The notes: generated from the letters alone by a model not told the origin. A stretch of 64,000 nucleotides of DNA from an uncultured Clostridia bacterium (GCA_934120675.1 CAKOUU010000001.1:17926-81925); one strand, 5' to 3'; shown: positions 1-9,794, counted from the first letter of the stretch. A program made the numbers and translations.

Positions 1-72
1 CGACATAAATAATAAAAAGCCATACAATTTTTAATATCATATGACTCATTTTTTCATTTTATATTTTATTAT

Positions 73-318
73 TTATTCATTATAATTTTCACTAGTATCA
101 TATAAACTATCTGCACACATATCTATGTTTTCGCCCCAAGAAATAGTTCCATATTTAATTTCAACTGTATTAAAAAAATTTATATTATTTAATTTTTTAA
201 ATACACCTTTATCTAAATATGGTTTCATATCTTTTATCTTTTTTTCATTATTATTGAATGTCAATAATAATTTGTAATCTTTTAATGGTTCTACTTTAAT
301 AACTTCTTTCATAAACAA
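73..318 (-). CDS. DUF2442-family small protein
   Basis: 81-aa ORF. The pattern KVEPLKDYKLLLTFNNNEK...GTISWGENIDMCADSLY resembles DUF2442. It lies 12 nt downstream of a DUF4160 ORF, its usual partner. Confidence 0.65.
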   Translation of the reverse strand: MFMKEVIKVEPLKDYKLLLTFNNNEKKIKDMKPYLDKGVFKKLNNINFFNTVEIKYGTISWGENIDMCADSLYDTSENYNE

Positions 319-329
319 ATCTCCTTAAT

Positions 330-587
330 TTAGCTTAGAGGATTTATATTATATAGTATTTCACTATTCTTTGCTAGTTGCCAATTTGCTATTAATTCTT
401 CTTTATGGATAAGTGTCCATGCAATAATAAGTTTTTTCTTACTACTTGGCATTGTCCCTTCAATTATCTCGCCATCAAAGCTAAAAATTGCTTTATAATC
501 TCCATAAAAAGCATGAAAATGTGGTGGATTATGGTCATCATAATACATTCTGATTATAACACCATAAAACATACTTATTGTAGGCAT
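330..587 (-). CDS. DUF4160-family small protein
   Basis: 85-aa ORF starting MPTISMFYGVIIRMYYDDHNPPHFHA, the typical DUF4160 N-terminus. An SD (GAGGAGGAAA) precedes the ATG. Confidence 0.7.
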   Translation of the reverse strand: MPTISMFYGVIIRMYYDDHNPPHFHAFYGDYKAIFSFDGEIIEGTMPSSKKKLIIAWTLIHKEELIANWQLAKNSEILYNINPLS

Positions 588-860
588 AAATTTCCTCCTC
601 TCTTATTATAACATTTTATTTATATTTTTTCACCTCTTTTTTTATTTTTATTTTACAATTTTTTAACAATTAGCACTATAAAAAATGTACCTCCTTTCTT
701 GCCTCATTTTCCAATACTTTTGGGTATTTTCGATTTAAATTTTGAACTTAATTTTTAATCTTAAAATTTTGAAATAATAAATTAGATTAAATTAATTAAA
801 ATATTTTTGTCTTTCCAAAGTTACTAGATTTAATTTTTATTTTAAAATTCAATTTTATTT

Positions 861-901
861 TTAAAAAATTTGACTATGCAATTGTCAAATAAATTGCATA
901 G
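861..901 (-). terminator. Rho-independent terminator downstream of the RCC1-repeat gene
   Basis: 10-bp stem CTATGCAATT/AATTGCATAG (874-883 / 892-901), followed on the minus strand by a T-run. Confidence 0.55.
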
Positions 902-966
902 CCATATATTACCATGATTTTCTTGAAAAATCAAGAAAAATCGTTCGTCAAAATTCGACACTCTCT

Positions 967-3963
967 TTAATTTATCCTTTTTGGAATTAATGTCAATACA
1001 CTTAAATCGCCAAGACGGTAGCCATCTCCAACTCCATGTAACTGTCCATTATTATCAAGCATACAACTATCATATTGTCCCGCAGATATTTGCATAAATT
1101 GTGTTCCATTTTTTATCTGTACTGGATTTATTCTATTTGTTGTTGTTCCATCTCCTAATTGTCCCTTATCATTTTCTCCCCATGTCCATAAGTTTCCCTC
1201 AATGTCTATTGCTAAACTATGATAGCCTCCAGCTACAATTTGCGTAAATTCTGTTCCATTTTTTATTTTTATTGGACTTGGTCTATCTGTTGTTGTTCCA
1301 TTTCCTAATTGTCCATAACCATTATCTCCCCATGTCCACAGATTTCCTTCAATATCTATAGACATACTATGCCAAGAACCTGCTGATACCAACTTAAACT
1401 TTGTTCCTACTTTTATTTGTACTGGATTTGTCCTAAATGTTGTTGTCCCATCTCCTAATCTTCCATCTTGATTATTTCCCCATGTCCATAAGTTTCCGGT
1501 ACTATCTATTGCCATACTATGAAAAGCCCCCGCAGATATTTGAGTAAATTTTGTTCCTGGTTTTATTTGTACTGGACTTGTTCTATTTGCTGTTGTTCCA
1601 TCCCCTAATTGTCCATAACTATTATATCCCCATGTCCATAAATTTCCTTCACTATCTATTGCTAAACTATGATAATTTCCTGCCGATACTTGTTTGAATT
1701 TTGTTTCTGTTTTTATTTGTACTGGACTTGTTCTATTTGTTGTTGTTTCATCCCCTAATTGTCCATAACGATTATATCCCCATGTCCATAAGTTTCCGTC
1801 ACTGTCTATTGCTAAACTATGACTACCTCCTGCTGATATTTGCTTAAATTTAATCTCTGTTTTTATTTTTACCGGATTTATTCTATTTGTTGTTGTTCCA
1901 TCTCCTAATTGACCATAACTATTGTATCCCCATGTCCATAAGTTTCCTTCATTATCTATTGCTAAGTTATGATCAGATTTCAAAGAAATTCGTGTTAAAG
2001 AATTATCTGTTTTTATTTGTCCTAACCAAACTTTATTTGATGTCACTCCATTTCCTAAATGTCCATAATCATTTAATCCCCATGTCCATAAATTTCCTTC
2101 ACAATCTATCGCCATACTATGATAATCTCCGGCTGCAATTTGCATAAATTTTGTCTTATCTGTTATTTTTACAGGATTTGTCCTATCTGTTATTGTTCCA
2201 TCACCTAATTGTCCTGAATAATTTTTTCCCCATGTCCATAAATTTCCTTCACTATCTATTGCCATACTATGTTCACTGCCTGCGGACACTTGTTTAAATT
2301 TTATCTCATTCTTGATTTGTACTGGACTTTGTTTATCTATTGTCGTCCCATCTCCTAACTGACCATAATCGTTATGTCCCCATGTCCACAAATTTCCTTC
2401 GCTATCTATTGCCATACTATAATAAGCTCCAGCTACAATTTGTATAAATTTTGTCCCGTCTTTTATTTTTTCAAGATTTGCTTTATCTATTGTTGTTCCA
2501 TCTCCCAATTGTCCATAACTATTGTATCCACATGCCCATAAGTTTCCCTCACTGTCTATTGCTAAACTATGTGCACTTCCTGCGGATACTTGTATAAATT
2601 TTTTTTCATTTTTTATCTGTACTGGATTTGTTCTATCTGTTGTTGTTCCATCTCCTAATCCACCATGACCATTCAATCCCCAAGCCCATAAATTTCCATC
2701 ACTATCTATTGCCATACTATATTCATGACCTGCTGACACTTGTTTGAATTTTGTTCCTTTTTGTATTTGCACCGGGTTTGTTCTATTTATCTTACTTCCA
2801 TCTCCTAATTGTCCATCACCATTATATCCCCATGTCCATAGATTTCCTTCTCTATCTAATGCCAAACCATGTCTATACCCTGCTGATACTTGAGTAAACT
2901 TTGTTCCTTTTTTTATTTGTACTGGATTTGTTCTATTTGTTGTTGTTCCATCTCCTAGTTGTCCACTTGCATTACTACCACATCCCCACAAATTCCCATC
3001 ACCATCTATAAACAAAGTATGTCGATTTCCGCCTGATACAGCATTTATACTTCCCATAATATATATTTGAACTGTATTTGATTTCTTAGAATTCCCTGCC
3101 CTGTCATATGCTATAGCATATATATTATATGTTCCCACAAGTCCTTCTGTTGATATCTCTTTTTCTATATATGTTTTTATATTATTTGACTCGTCTACAA
3201 AACAGTATTCATAATGATCCATTCCACTTTTTGTACTTTCTTCTGTTGCTTCACCATCTTGAGCCTCTCCTGATATTATTACTTTATCATCACTTTTACT
3301 TGCACTTATTGTAAAATCAAGTGGTTCTATTCTATCTATCAAATCAATATAAATATCTTTAGAAACCTCATTTCCATCAACATCTTCAACTTTCAAAATA
3401 TAATGACCATTTTTTGTAACAGTAAATTCAATTCCTGCGGTTGTTCTATCTTGTGGCAATATTTTATCAGTTTCACCCGGTTTTAATATAGATTTTATCC
3501 CTTTAGGATTTGTTATTTTGACTAAAATCTTAATATTATTTTGATTTGTATATCCTTCTGGTTCTGTTGTATATGTTATAATTGTTTCATTTGCCTCACC
3601 CACATATGTAACCTTAAAATTACTATCCACTTCAAATTTGTAGTTTTTGTATATTACTTCTACTGGAAAATTTGTTGTATCTCGTACATCTATCTCGTCA
3701 CTATTCATTTTAGGTAAATCTTCCTTAGTTAACTCCTCACCTTTTCCATTCTGTTCTATTTGCAAATTAGTTATTTCCAGTTCCAACTTCTCCTTCGCTT
3801 CTGAAATTGCATATCTTTCTTTTCCTAATTTTACCTTTTTAAATAATCCATTTTCTCCACCTAATGTAGCTATTGCTATTCCAGCTAAAATCAACAATAT
3901 CACAATAGTCACAATAAGTGCAACCAAAGTTATTCCATTAAAATTCCTTAATCTTTTGTTCAT
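967..3963 (-). CDS. Pilin-like N-terminal anchor protein with Ig-like middle region and about 14 RCC1 (beta-propeller) repeats
   Basis: Long ORF. The preferred start is the internal ATG at 3963 (MNKRLRNFNGITLVALIVTIVILLILAGIAI), preceded by AAGGGGA. The C-terminal two thirds is a 52-aa repeat of form GNLWTWGYNSYGQLGDGTTTNRxxPVQIK, the RCC1 signature. Confidence 0.85.
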   Translation of the reverse strand: MNKRLRNFNGITLVALIVTIVILLILAGIAIATLGGENGLFKKVKLGKERYAISEAKEKLELEITNLQIEQNGKGEELTKEDLPKMNSDEIDVRDTTNFPVEVIYKNYKFEVDSNFKVTYVGEANETIITYTTEPEGYTNQNNIKILVKITNPKGIKSILKPGETDKILPQDRTTAGIEFTVTKNGHYILKVEDVDGNEVSKDIYIDLIDRIEPLDFTISASKSDDKVIISGEAQDGEATEESTKSGMDHYEYCFVDESNNIKTYIEKEISTEGLVGTYNIYAIAYDRAGNSKKSNTVQIYIMGSINAVSGGNRHTLFIDGDGNLWGCGSNASGQLGDGTTTNRTNPVQIKKGTKFTQVSAGYRHGLALDREGNLWTWGYNGDGQLGDGSKINRTNPVQIQKGTKFKQVSAGHEYSMAIDSDGNLWAWGLNGHGGLGDGTTTDRTNPVQIKNEKKFIQVSAGSAHSLAIDSEGNLWACGYNSYGQLGDGTTIDKANLEKIKDGTKFIQIVAGAYYSMAIDSEGNLWTWGHNDYGQLGDGTTIDKQSPVQIKNEIKFKQVSAGSEHSMAIDSEGNLWTWGKNYSGQLGDGTITDRTNPVKITDKTKFMQIAAGDYHSMAIDCEGNLWTWGLNDYGHLGNGVTSNKVWLGQIKTDNSLTRISLKSDHNLAIDNEGNLWTWGYNSYGQLGDGTTTNRINPVKIKTEIKFKQISAGGSHSLAIDSDGNLWTWGYNRYGQLGDETTTNRTSPVQIKTETKFKQVSAGNYHSLAIDSEGNLWTWGYNSYGQLGDGTTANRTSPVQIKPGTKFTQISAGAFHSMAIDSTGNLWTWGNNQDGRLGDGTTTFRTNPVQIKVGTKFKLVSAGSWHSMSIDIEGNLWTWGDNGYGQLGNGTTTDRPSPIKIKNGTEFTQIVAGGYHSLAIDIEGNLWTWGENDKGQLGDGTTTNRINPVQIKNGTQFMQISAGQYDSCMLDNNGQLHGVGDGYRLGDLSVLTLIPKRIN
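985..3040 (-). repeat. Approx. 156-nt periodic coding repeat (RCC1 blades, about 14 copies)
   Basis: Strings such as ccccatgtccataagtttcc and tgttgttccatctcctaattg recur every ~156 nt on the plus strand. Confidence 0.85.
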
Positions 3964-4187
3964 AATATTTCCCCTTTGCAAATTTATATTTATAAAATTC
4001 TCAATATGTGAATTTAAATTAATTATATTTTTGATTTGTGAATTTGTCAATATAAAATCCATTTTTTGTGAAAAAATTGAAATAACCCCTAGGTTAATCG
4101 AAAAAAAATAATAAATTTCATATATATTTGCATTTTTTTAATAATATGTTTAACCTATAAATTATAAAAAATTATCGAGGTGAAATT

Positions 4188-4502
4188 ATGGAATTATACG
4201 AAAAAATAAGAAATATAAGAGAGGATAAAGATATAAAACAAAAAGATATGGCAAAATATCTTCATATGCAACCAACAACTTATAATGCATATGAAAAAGG
4301 AAAGCGAACAATATCAGCAGACTTACTTAAAAGTATATGTATTTACCTAAATTTAAGTTCAGATGAATTACTTGGATTAAAAATAATTAACCCATACAAC
4401 ACTTTAAATAGAGAAAATACAAAAATTATAGAAAAAATCAAAAAAGGATTATTAACTTTACAAAAAGAACAAGACAAAAATAATAATAATCAAACACATT
4501 AA
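4188..4502 (+). CDS. XRE-family helix-turn-helix transcriptional regulator
   Basis: 104-aa ORF with an HTH_3-like N-terminus (IRNIREDKDIKQKDMAKYLHMQPTTYNAYEKGKRTISADLLKSI). SD GAGGTG is present. It is divergent from the RCC1 gene. Confidence 0.8.
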   Translation: MELYEKIRNIREDKDIKQKDMAKYLHMQPTTYNAYEKGKRTISADLLKSICIYLNLSSDELLGLKIINPYNTLNRENTKIIEKIKKGLLTLQKEQDKNNNNQTH

Positions 4503-4530
4503 AATATATTATAATTTAAATTTCATCATA

Positions 4531-4556
4531 AAAAGGCCAGTATTCGCTGACCTTTT
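4531..4556. terminator. Bidirectional terminator between XRE gene and SASP gene
   Basis: AAAAGGCCAG tattcg CTGACCTTTT hairpin with one mismatch, A-run and T-run flanks, between convergent genes. Confidence 0.6.
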
Positions 4557-4598
4557 AACATACCATGTGTTACATCACTAAAATTCAATTAAAATTAG

Positions 4599-4778
4599 CT
4601 ACTTATTCTCTACTGAACGATTGGCTATCTCAATAGCCTTAGTAACTATATTTCCACAATCTCTAGAAGAAACGCTTGCCCAACTTCCACCATCTTGTTT
4701 TACCTGGTCATAAACTCCAAGCTCTTTTGCAATTTCTTCTCTTAAATTTTCAGATATTAATTTACTATTTCTAGACAT
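4599..4778 (-). CDS. Alpha/beta-type small acid-soluble spore protein (SASP)
   Basis: Hand-translated 59-aa ORF absent from the track: MSRNSKLISENLREEIAKELGVYDQVKQDGGSWASVSSRDCGNIVTKAIEIANRSVENK. It carries the EIAxELGV and SRxxGxxV SASP motifs. SD AAGGAGGATG precedes the ATG. Confidence 0.85.
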   Translation of the reverse strand: MSRNSKLISENLREEIAKELGVYDQVKQDGGSWASVSSRDCGNIVTKAIEIANRSVENK

Positions 4779-4943
4779 AACATCCTCCTTACTAATAAAA
4801 CCAAATTAAGTTTTATCAATATTATTATTTGCAAAAACACAAAAAATATATTAGAAAATTTTTGATTTTTTTTAATCTGAAACAGTAGTAAATTTATTTT
4901 TATCATGATATACTATATTATATGGCAAAAAAAGGAGATATAT

Positions 4944-6461
4944 ATGGAAACAAAGGAAACAAAAAACGAAACAACCTTTAAACCTCTTGATGAAACAAAA
5001 CAAATCACTACAAATAAATCAGATGTATGGATAATTTTTGGAATTTTATGTACAATTTTCATATTAATTTCAATAATTATATTTTGCACATTTTCATTAG
5101 CAATTATACAAAGTACAACAATTGCAAAAGGAGTATATATAAAAGGAATTGATGTATCTGGGCTCACAAAAGAAGATGCAAAACAAAAAATTACAAGCTA
5201 TATAAGTTCTTCAATTCCAGAAGAAATAACATTAAAACATAACGATTTTGAAGCTTCACTTTCAACAACACAATTATCAATATATTTTAATACCAACGAA
5301 GCTGTTGATATGGCTTATAATATCGGAAAAAGTGGAAATATCATTCAAAAAAATTTAACAATAATAGAAACTCTTTTTTCTAATGTCAATATAGACCCTG
5401 GATTTTCTATTGATACTGACCAATTAAAAGCAGACCTACAGGATATTTCTAATAAATTACCTGATAAAGTAATTGAAAGTAGCTATTATATAGATGGCAA
5501 CAATCTGATACTAACCAAAGGTCAAGCTGGCCAAGTAATAAAAGTTGATGAAACCGCAAATACAATAATAACACAGGTTAATAACCTTAATATCCAGAAT
5601 AATTATATAGAATTAATTACTGAAAACGCTTATCCTAATGAACTAAATCTTGACTCAATATATAACGAAATACATAAAGATTCAGTTGATGCATATTATA
5701 CTCAAAATCCATTTGTTATACATCCAAGTGAAAACGGTGTAGATTTTGCAATTTCTTTAGACGAAGCAAAAAATTCATTAAACGAGTCACAAGACGAATG
5801 CGTAATTCCATTAAAAGTATTATACCCACGTGTAACAACAAATATGATAGGAACAGAAGCTTTTCCAGATTTATTGTCTGAGTTCTCAACAAAATATGCA
5901 GCAAGTAACAAAAATCGTACAACAAATTTAATGTTAGCAGCAAACAAAATCAATGGAACTGTTTTAATGCCTGGCGAAACTTTCTCTTATAATAAAGTCG
6001 TTGGTGCAAGAACAATTCAAGCTGGTTACAAAGAAGCTCCTATTTATGTATCAGGAAGAGTTGAAGATGGAATCGGTGGTGGAATCTGCCAAATAACTAC
6101 AACATTATATAATGCTGTAGTATATGCAAATTTAGATATTGTAGAAAGAAGTAACCATCAATTTGTACCATCTTATGCTGGTGCAAGTAGAGATGCAACC
6201 ATTGTATATGGTGCAATTGATTTTAAATTTAAAAATAATAGAGATTATCCTATAAAAATCACTTGCTCTGTTGCAAATGGAGTTGCAAATTTTAAAATTT
6301 TTGGTTTAAGATCTGATAATGATTACGAAGTTCAAATAACTTCAAGAATAACTGGGAAAACAGCTACCGCAATTTATTCAGAAGCTTACAAAACTTTAAA
6401 GAAAAATGGAAATGTTGTAAGTACGTCATTATTATCAAAAGACACTTACAAAAGACATTAG
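4944..6461 (+). CDS. VanW-family protein, membrane anchored
   Basis: The C-terminal GETFSYNKVVG...GGGICQITTTLYNAV motif is typical of the VanW domain. One N-terminal TM segment. The start at the ATG at 4944 follows GGAG. Confidence 0.8.
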   Translation: METKETKNETTFKPLDETKQITTNKSDVWIIFGILCTIFILISIIIFCTFSLAIIQSTTIAKGVYIKGIDVSGLTKEDAKQKITSYISSSIPEEITLKHNDFEASLSTTQLSIYFNTNEAVDMAYNIGKSGNIIQKNLTIIETLFSNVNIDPGFSIDTDQLKADLQDISNKLPDKVIESSYYIDGNNLILTKGQAGQVIKVDETANTIITQVNNLNIQNNYIELITENAYPNELNLDSIYNEIHKDSVDAYYTQNPFVIHPSENGVDFAISLDEAKNSLNESQDECVIPLKVLYPRVTTNMIGTEAFPDLLSEFSTKYAASNKNRTTNLMLAANKINGTVLMPGETFSYNKVVGARTIQAGYKEAPIYVSGRVEDGIGGGICQITTTLYNAVVYANLDIVERSNHQFVPSYAGASRDATIVYGAIDFKFKNNRDYPIKITCSVANGVANFKIFGLRSDNDYEVQITSRITGKTATAIYSEAYKTLKKNGNVVSTSLLSKDTYKRH

Positions 6462-6462
6462 A

Positions 6463-6494
6463 AAAAGAGGGATTTTAAGGAACATCCCCCTTTT
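6463..6494. terminator. Bidirectional terminator between VanW gene and ypeB
   Basis: AAAAGAGGGAT / ATCCCCCTTTT stem (10 of 11 bp) between convergent genes. Confidence 0.5.
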
Positions 6495-6500
6495 CCATTT

Positions 6501-7874
6501 TTACATAGTCAAAGTTCCATTAGGAGTATTTGTAATAATCAAAATATCCTCTTCTCTACCACTCTCTGCATTTACATATACCAAAAATTCCCTATCATCA
6601 ACTTTCCCTTTAAATTCATAACACAAAATTTCTGTTTGAAATTCTGTAGGAATTATAGCCAACCCTTCAGATTCAATTTCCAAATCTTTATTTAAGGATT
6701 TCTTTGCATTTTCCTTACTAATCTTAACATTAGAAATATCCCTTTGAGTATGATTATTCAAGTAACCTGTAGTTTCAATTCCAAGAATTTCGCCATTATC
6801 CAAAGCAACCTTAACCTTTATTAAATCAGAATATACAACAACATCACCTTGGCAATAAGCGTAATTTATTGTAACAATTCCATCTTGTTTCAAATAATAA
6901 GTTTCTTTCATATTATAAATTCCATGATTATTTAAAAAATCTTTGCCCTTTTGGTTTGCCTCATCTTGAGATATTAACTCAGCATTAACATTTCTGTTTG
7001 AATTCATATATACAATATGTCCACCTTTTTTGGAAATTGATATATTAATACTATCTTCTGAATTTGTTTTTATTGAAAAATTATATTCTGGTATTGTTGC
7101 ATTTTCTGAAAATCCTAAACTTTCAATACTTTGAACATTATCTTTCCCTATAAAATCTATTGCTTTTTGTTTTGCTGTTTCTTCATCAATATCATCACCT
7201 GTTAAGCCTTTTTTCTCGCCATTTGTTAGGTGCTCAGAAAAAGCACCATCATATATTAAACCTGAATATTGATGAAAATTTTCTTCTAAGTTGCTAAATC
7301 CATCCATAGAACTTGTACTTACTTGTTGAGCAAATGCCACATTTCCTTTATTAGTAAGTTCTCCCCATTTTATTCTACCAGAATTTATATCTTCAGATAA
7401 CTGATTTAAAGTATTTTCTAATTCAACACTATAGTTATGCAAATCTTTTAAATTTTTTAAATCTTCATCTGATAATTTTTCATTATAAATATTCTTTCTA
7501 GATAAAGAATAGCTATAATCACTAACTTGATTTAAAAACTTTTCAGTGTTTTCTAATTCTTGACTTTCAACCGGCAATTGTGAAAGATATGCCTGTGCCA
7601 AATTTGCCTCTCTCCATACATTTGTTAAAGTCTCTGCTCCATGTTCTGGAGTACTTGAAATTAATGATTTTGCTAAATATGTTTCAACATTCTGAACATA
7701 ATCAACAACTTGATAAAAAGCCATATTGTAAGTATTTTCAGATGCAGTTTTTGCCTCTTTATTATTATTTACAATCACAGCAATTAAGCTTCCTATAACA
7801 ACCACAAATACAATAATTGAAGCTATTATATATGCCTTATTAACTTGAATTTTTTTTATTTCTACCTTTTTCAT
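6501..7874 (-). CDS. ypeB: Germination protein YpeB (PepSY domains)
   Basis: N-terminal TM segment and a PepSY-like C-terminal half, immediately downstream of sleB as in Bacillus and Clostridia. The track ORF extends to 7919. The ATG at 7874 (MKKVEIKK) avoids overlap with sleB. Confidence 0.75.
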   Translation of the reverse strand: MKKVEIKKIQVNKAYIIASIIVFVVVIGSLIAVIVNNNKEAKTASENTYNMAFYQVVDYVQNVETYLAKSLISSTPEHGAETLTNVWREANLAQAYLSQLPVESQELENTEKFLNQVSDYSYSLSRKNIYNEKLSDEDLKNLKDLHNYSVELENTLNQLSEDINSGRIKWGELTNKGNVAFAQQVSTSSMDGFSNLEENFHQYSGLIYDGAFSEHLTNGEKKGLTGDDIDEETAKQKAIDFIGKDNVQSIESLGFSENATIPEYNFSIKTNSEDSINISISKKGGHIVYMNSNRNVNAELISQDEANQKGKDFLNNHGIYNMKETYYLKQDGIVTINYAYCQGDVVVYSDLIKVKVALDNGEILGIETTGYLNNHTQRDISNVKISKENAKKSLNKDLEIESEGLAIIPTEFQTEILCYEFKGKVDDREFLVYVNAESGREEDILIITNTPNGTLTM

Positions 7875-7893
7875 AAACTCAACCTTTCTTTTT

Positions 7894-8367
7894 CTATTTA
7901 CAAAATCTGTGTTTTCCAATAGTTTTTACCAATGGTCTAGACCAAATCCACTTATTTGTTGCAGTTGATGGATTAAAATAGTATACACATCCACTCGTTG
8001 GGTCCCAACCATTTATTGCATCCTGAGCTGCTTTATATACTGTAGAACCTTCACTTATTGTTACATTAATTTGACCATCTGATACTGCAGTAAATGCACC
8101 TGGTTGATATATTACCCCAGCAATACTATTAGGAAATCTCGAGTCCTTTACCCTATTTAAAATAACAGCACCAACAGCAACTTGCCCTTCGTACGGTTCT
8201 CCCCTTGCTTCTCCATTTATTGCTCTTGCCATCAATTGAACGTCTGATGTATTTGTTGTTTTTGCTAATGAAACATTATTTGTTTTACCTTTATCCACAA
8301 TAAATATACAAATTGTGGATAACACTAACAAAAATATTATTAAAATTAGTTTTAAAAATTTTTTCAC
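7894..8367 (-). CDS. sleB: Spore cortex-lytic enzyme SleB-type cell wall hydrolase (Hydrolase_2)
   Basis: ARAINGEARGEPYEGQVAVGAVILNRVKDSRFPNSIAGVIYQPGAFTAV motif, a signal peptide, and ypeB downstream. Confidence 0.8.
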   Translation of the reverse strand: MKKFLKLILIIFLLVLSTICIFIVDKGKTNNVSLAKTTNTSDVQLMARAINGEARGEPYEGQVAVGAVILNRVKDSRFPNSIAGVIYQPGAFTAVSDGQINVTISEGSTVYKAAQDAINGWDPTSGCVYYFNPSTATNKWIWSRPLVKTIGKHRFCK

Positions 8368-8625
8368 ACTATCACCTTTTTTATAAAATTTTCATTTATA
8401 TTTTTTACAAAATTTCTAATATTATACATTACAATTTACAGCAGTTTATGAAAAATATAAATTTTTATATTTTTCATAAACCATTGTAAACTATATTATA
8501 AAATTTTAAAAAAGAATATTTTGCAAAAAACATTGCTAATTGAATGAAATTTATGCTAAAATTAATACATAAAAACAAGCAATAACTACATAAAAATATT
8601 TAAAACAAAAATCAAGGAGTAATAA

Positions 8626-9753
8626 ATGAAAAAAATTTTAATATTTTACGCATCATACGGAGGCGGTCACTTAAATGCCGCAAAATCTATAAAAGAATGC
8701 ATTGACAACAATTATAAAAACTGTGAAACAGAACTAATAGACTGTATGAAATATGTAAATAAGCCAATTGAAATAGTCACAACAGCCGCATACAGAGAAA
8801 TGGCAAAAAAAATGCCATGGGCTTGGGGTAAAATATATGCCGACTCGCAAAAAGGTCCATTAGCACACATATCATCAAAATCAAATCAATTATTAGCAAT
8901 AAAACTTTTAAAATTATTACGAGAAAAACAACCAGATTTAATAATTTCAACACATCCATTTGGCAGTCAAATGTGTGCATACTTAAAAAGAAAAGGTAAA
9001 ATAACTGCCCAGATTGCAACAATAATGACAGACTTTTCACCACATGACCAATGGCTTGTTGGAAACGAAACAACAGATTATTTTTTCGTTGCAAATGATA
9101 AAATGAAAAATTATCTTGTCGCAAAAAACATTCCTGATAACAAAGTATTCGTAACTGGAATACCTATATCTTCTAGATTTTTACAAAACTATAATAGAGA
9201 AGAAATTTTAAAAGAATTTGATTTAAAAGATAATAAAAAAAATATTTTATTTTTTGGTGGTGGCGAATTTGGTCTTGGAAAAGCCAGAACCGTTGAAATC
9301 TTTAATAATTTAGTTAAAAATTTCGATAATATTCAAGTCATTGCAATTGCTGGAAAAAATGAAAAAATGAAATCCGAATTTGAAAAAATTGTTGAAGAAA
9401 ACAATAAACAAGAATCTGTAAAAGTTTTAGCATTTACAAATAAAGTACCTGAATTAATGTCAATTTCTGACCTAGTAATTTCAAAACCTGGTGGATTAAC
9501 TACTTCTGAAAGTTTGGCATCAAATTTGCCTATGATAATTATTAATCCTATCCCTGGCCAAGAAGAAGAAAATGCTGAATTTTTAGAAAGTAAAGGTACT
9601 GGTATTTGGCTAAGAAAAGATAATTCTTCTCGTGAAGTTCTAAAAAGTGTAATTGATAATCCTGAAAAATTAAATACAATGAAGAAAAATACTGAGATTT
9701 TGGCAAAAAAACATTCTACTAAAAATATTTGCAAAATTCTCTTAGAAAATTAA
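8626..9753 (+). CDS. Diacylglycerol glycosyltransferase (MGDG-synthase / UgtP-like, GT28)
   Basis: N-terminal ILIFYASYGGGHLNAAKSI and the C-terminal PGGLTTSE ... PGQEEENA motif are typical of the family. Confidence 0.75.
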   Translation: MKKILIFYASYGGGHLNAAKSIKECIDNNYKNCETELIDCMKYVNKPIEIVTTAAYREMAKKMPWAWGKIYADSQKGPLAHISSKSNQLLAIKLLKLLREKQPDLIISTHPFGSQMCAYLKRKGKITAQIATIMTDFSPHDQWLVGNETTDYFFVANDKMKNYLVAKNIPDNKVFVTGIPISSRFLQNYNREEILKEFDLKDNKKNILFFGGGEFGLGKARTVEIFNNLVKNFDNIQVIAIAGKNEKMKSEFEKIVEENNKQESVKVLAFTNKVPELMSISDLVISKPGGLTTSESLASNLPMIIINPIPGQEEENAEFLESKGTGIWLRKDNSSREVLKSVIDNPEKLNTMKKNTEILAKKHSTKNICKILLEN

Positions 9754-9757
9754 AAAA

Positions 9758-9787
9758 GAGCTTTGTTGAGAATTTACAACAAAGCTC
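9758..9787. terminator. Bidirectional terminator
   Basis: 11-bp stem GAGCTTTGTTG / CAACAAAGCTC with A-run and T-run flanks, between convergent genes. Confidence 0.7.
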
Positions 9788-9794
9788 CCTTTTT

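Noticed and set aside
600-966. SD-like strings (GGAGGT, GAGGTG on the minus strand) in the AT-rich intergenic region, suggesting small ORFs.
   Set aside because: The following reading frames are only 2-7 codons long. No promoter or terminator pairing like that of the 35-37 kb modules was seen.
985-3040. Highly regular ~156-nt nucleotide periodicity that could be mistaken for a CRISPR-like or satellite array.
   Set aside because: It lies inside one long ORF and translates into RCC1 blades. There is no repeat-spacer structure with unique spacers.
3647-4111. 154-aa plus-strand ORF overlapping the 5' end of the RCC1 gene. Many similar 60-115 aa ORFs lie antisense to the giant adhesin, pgm, the UDPGP gene and others.
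   Set aside because: All lie antisense within well-supported long genes, lack SD sequences and have low-complexity products.
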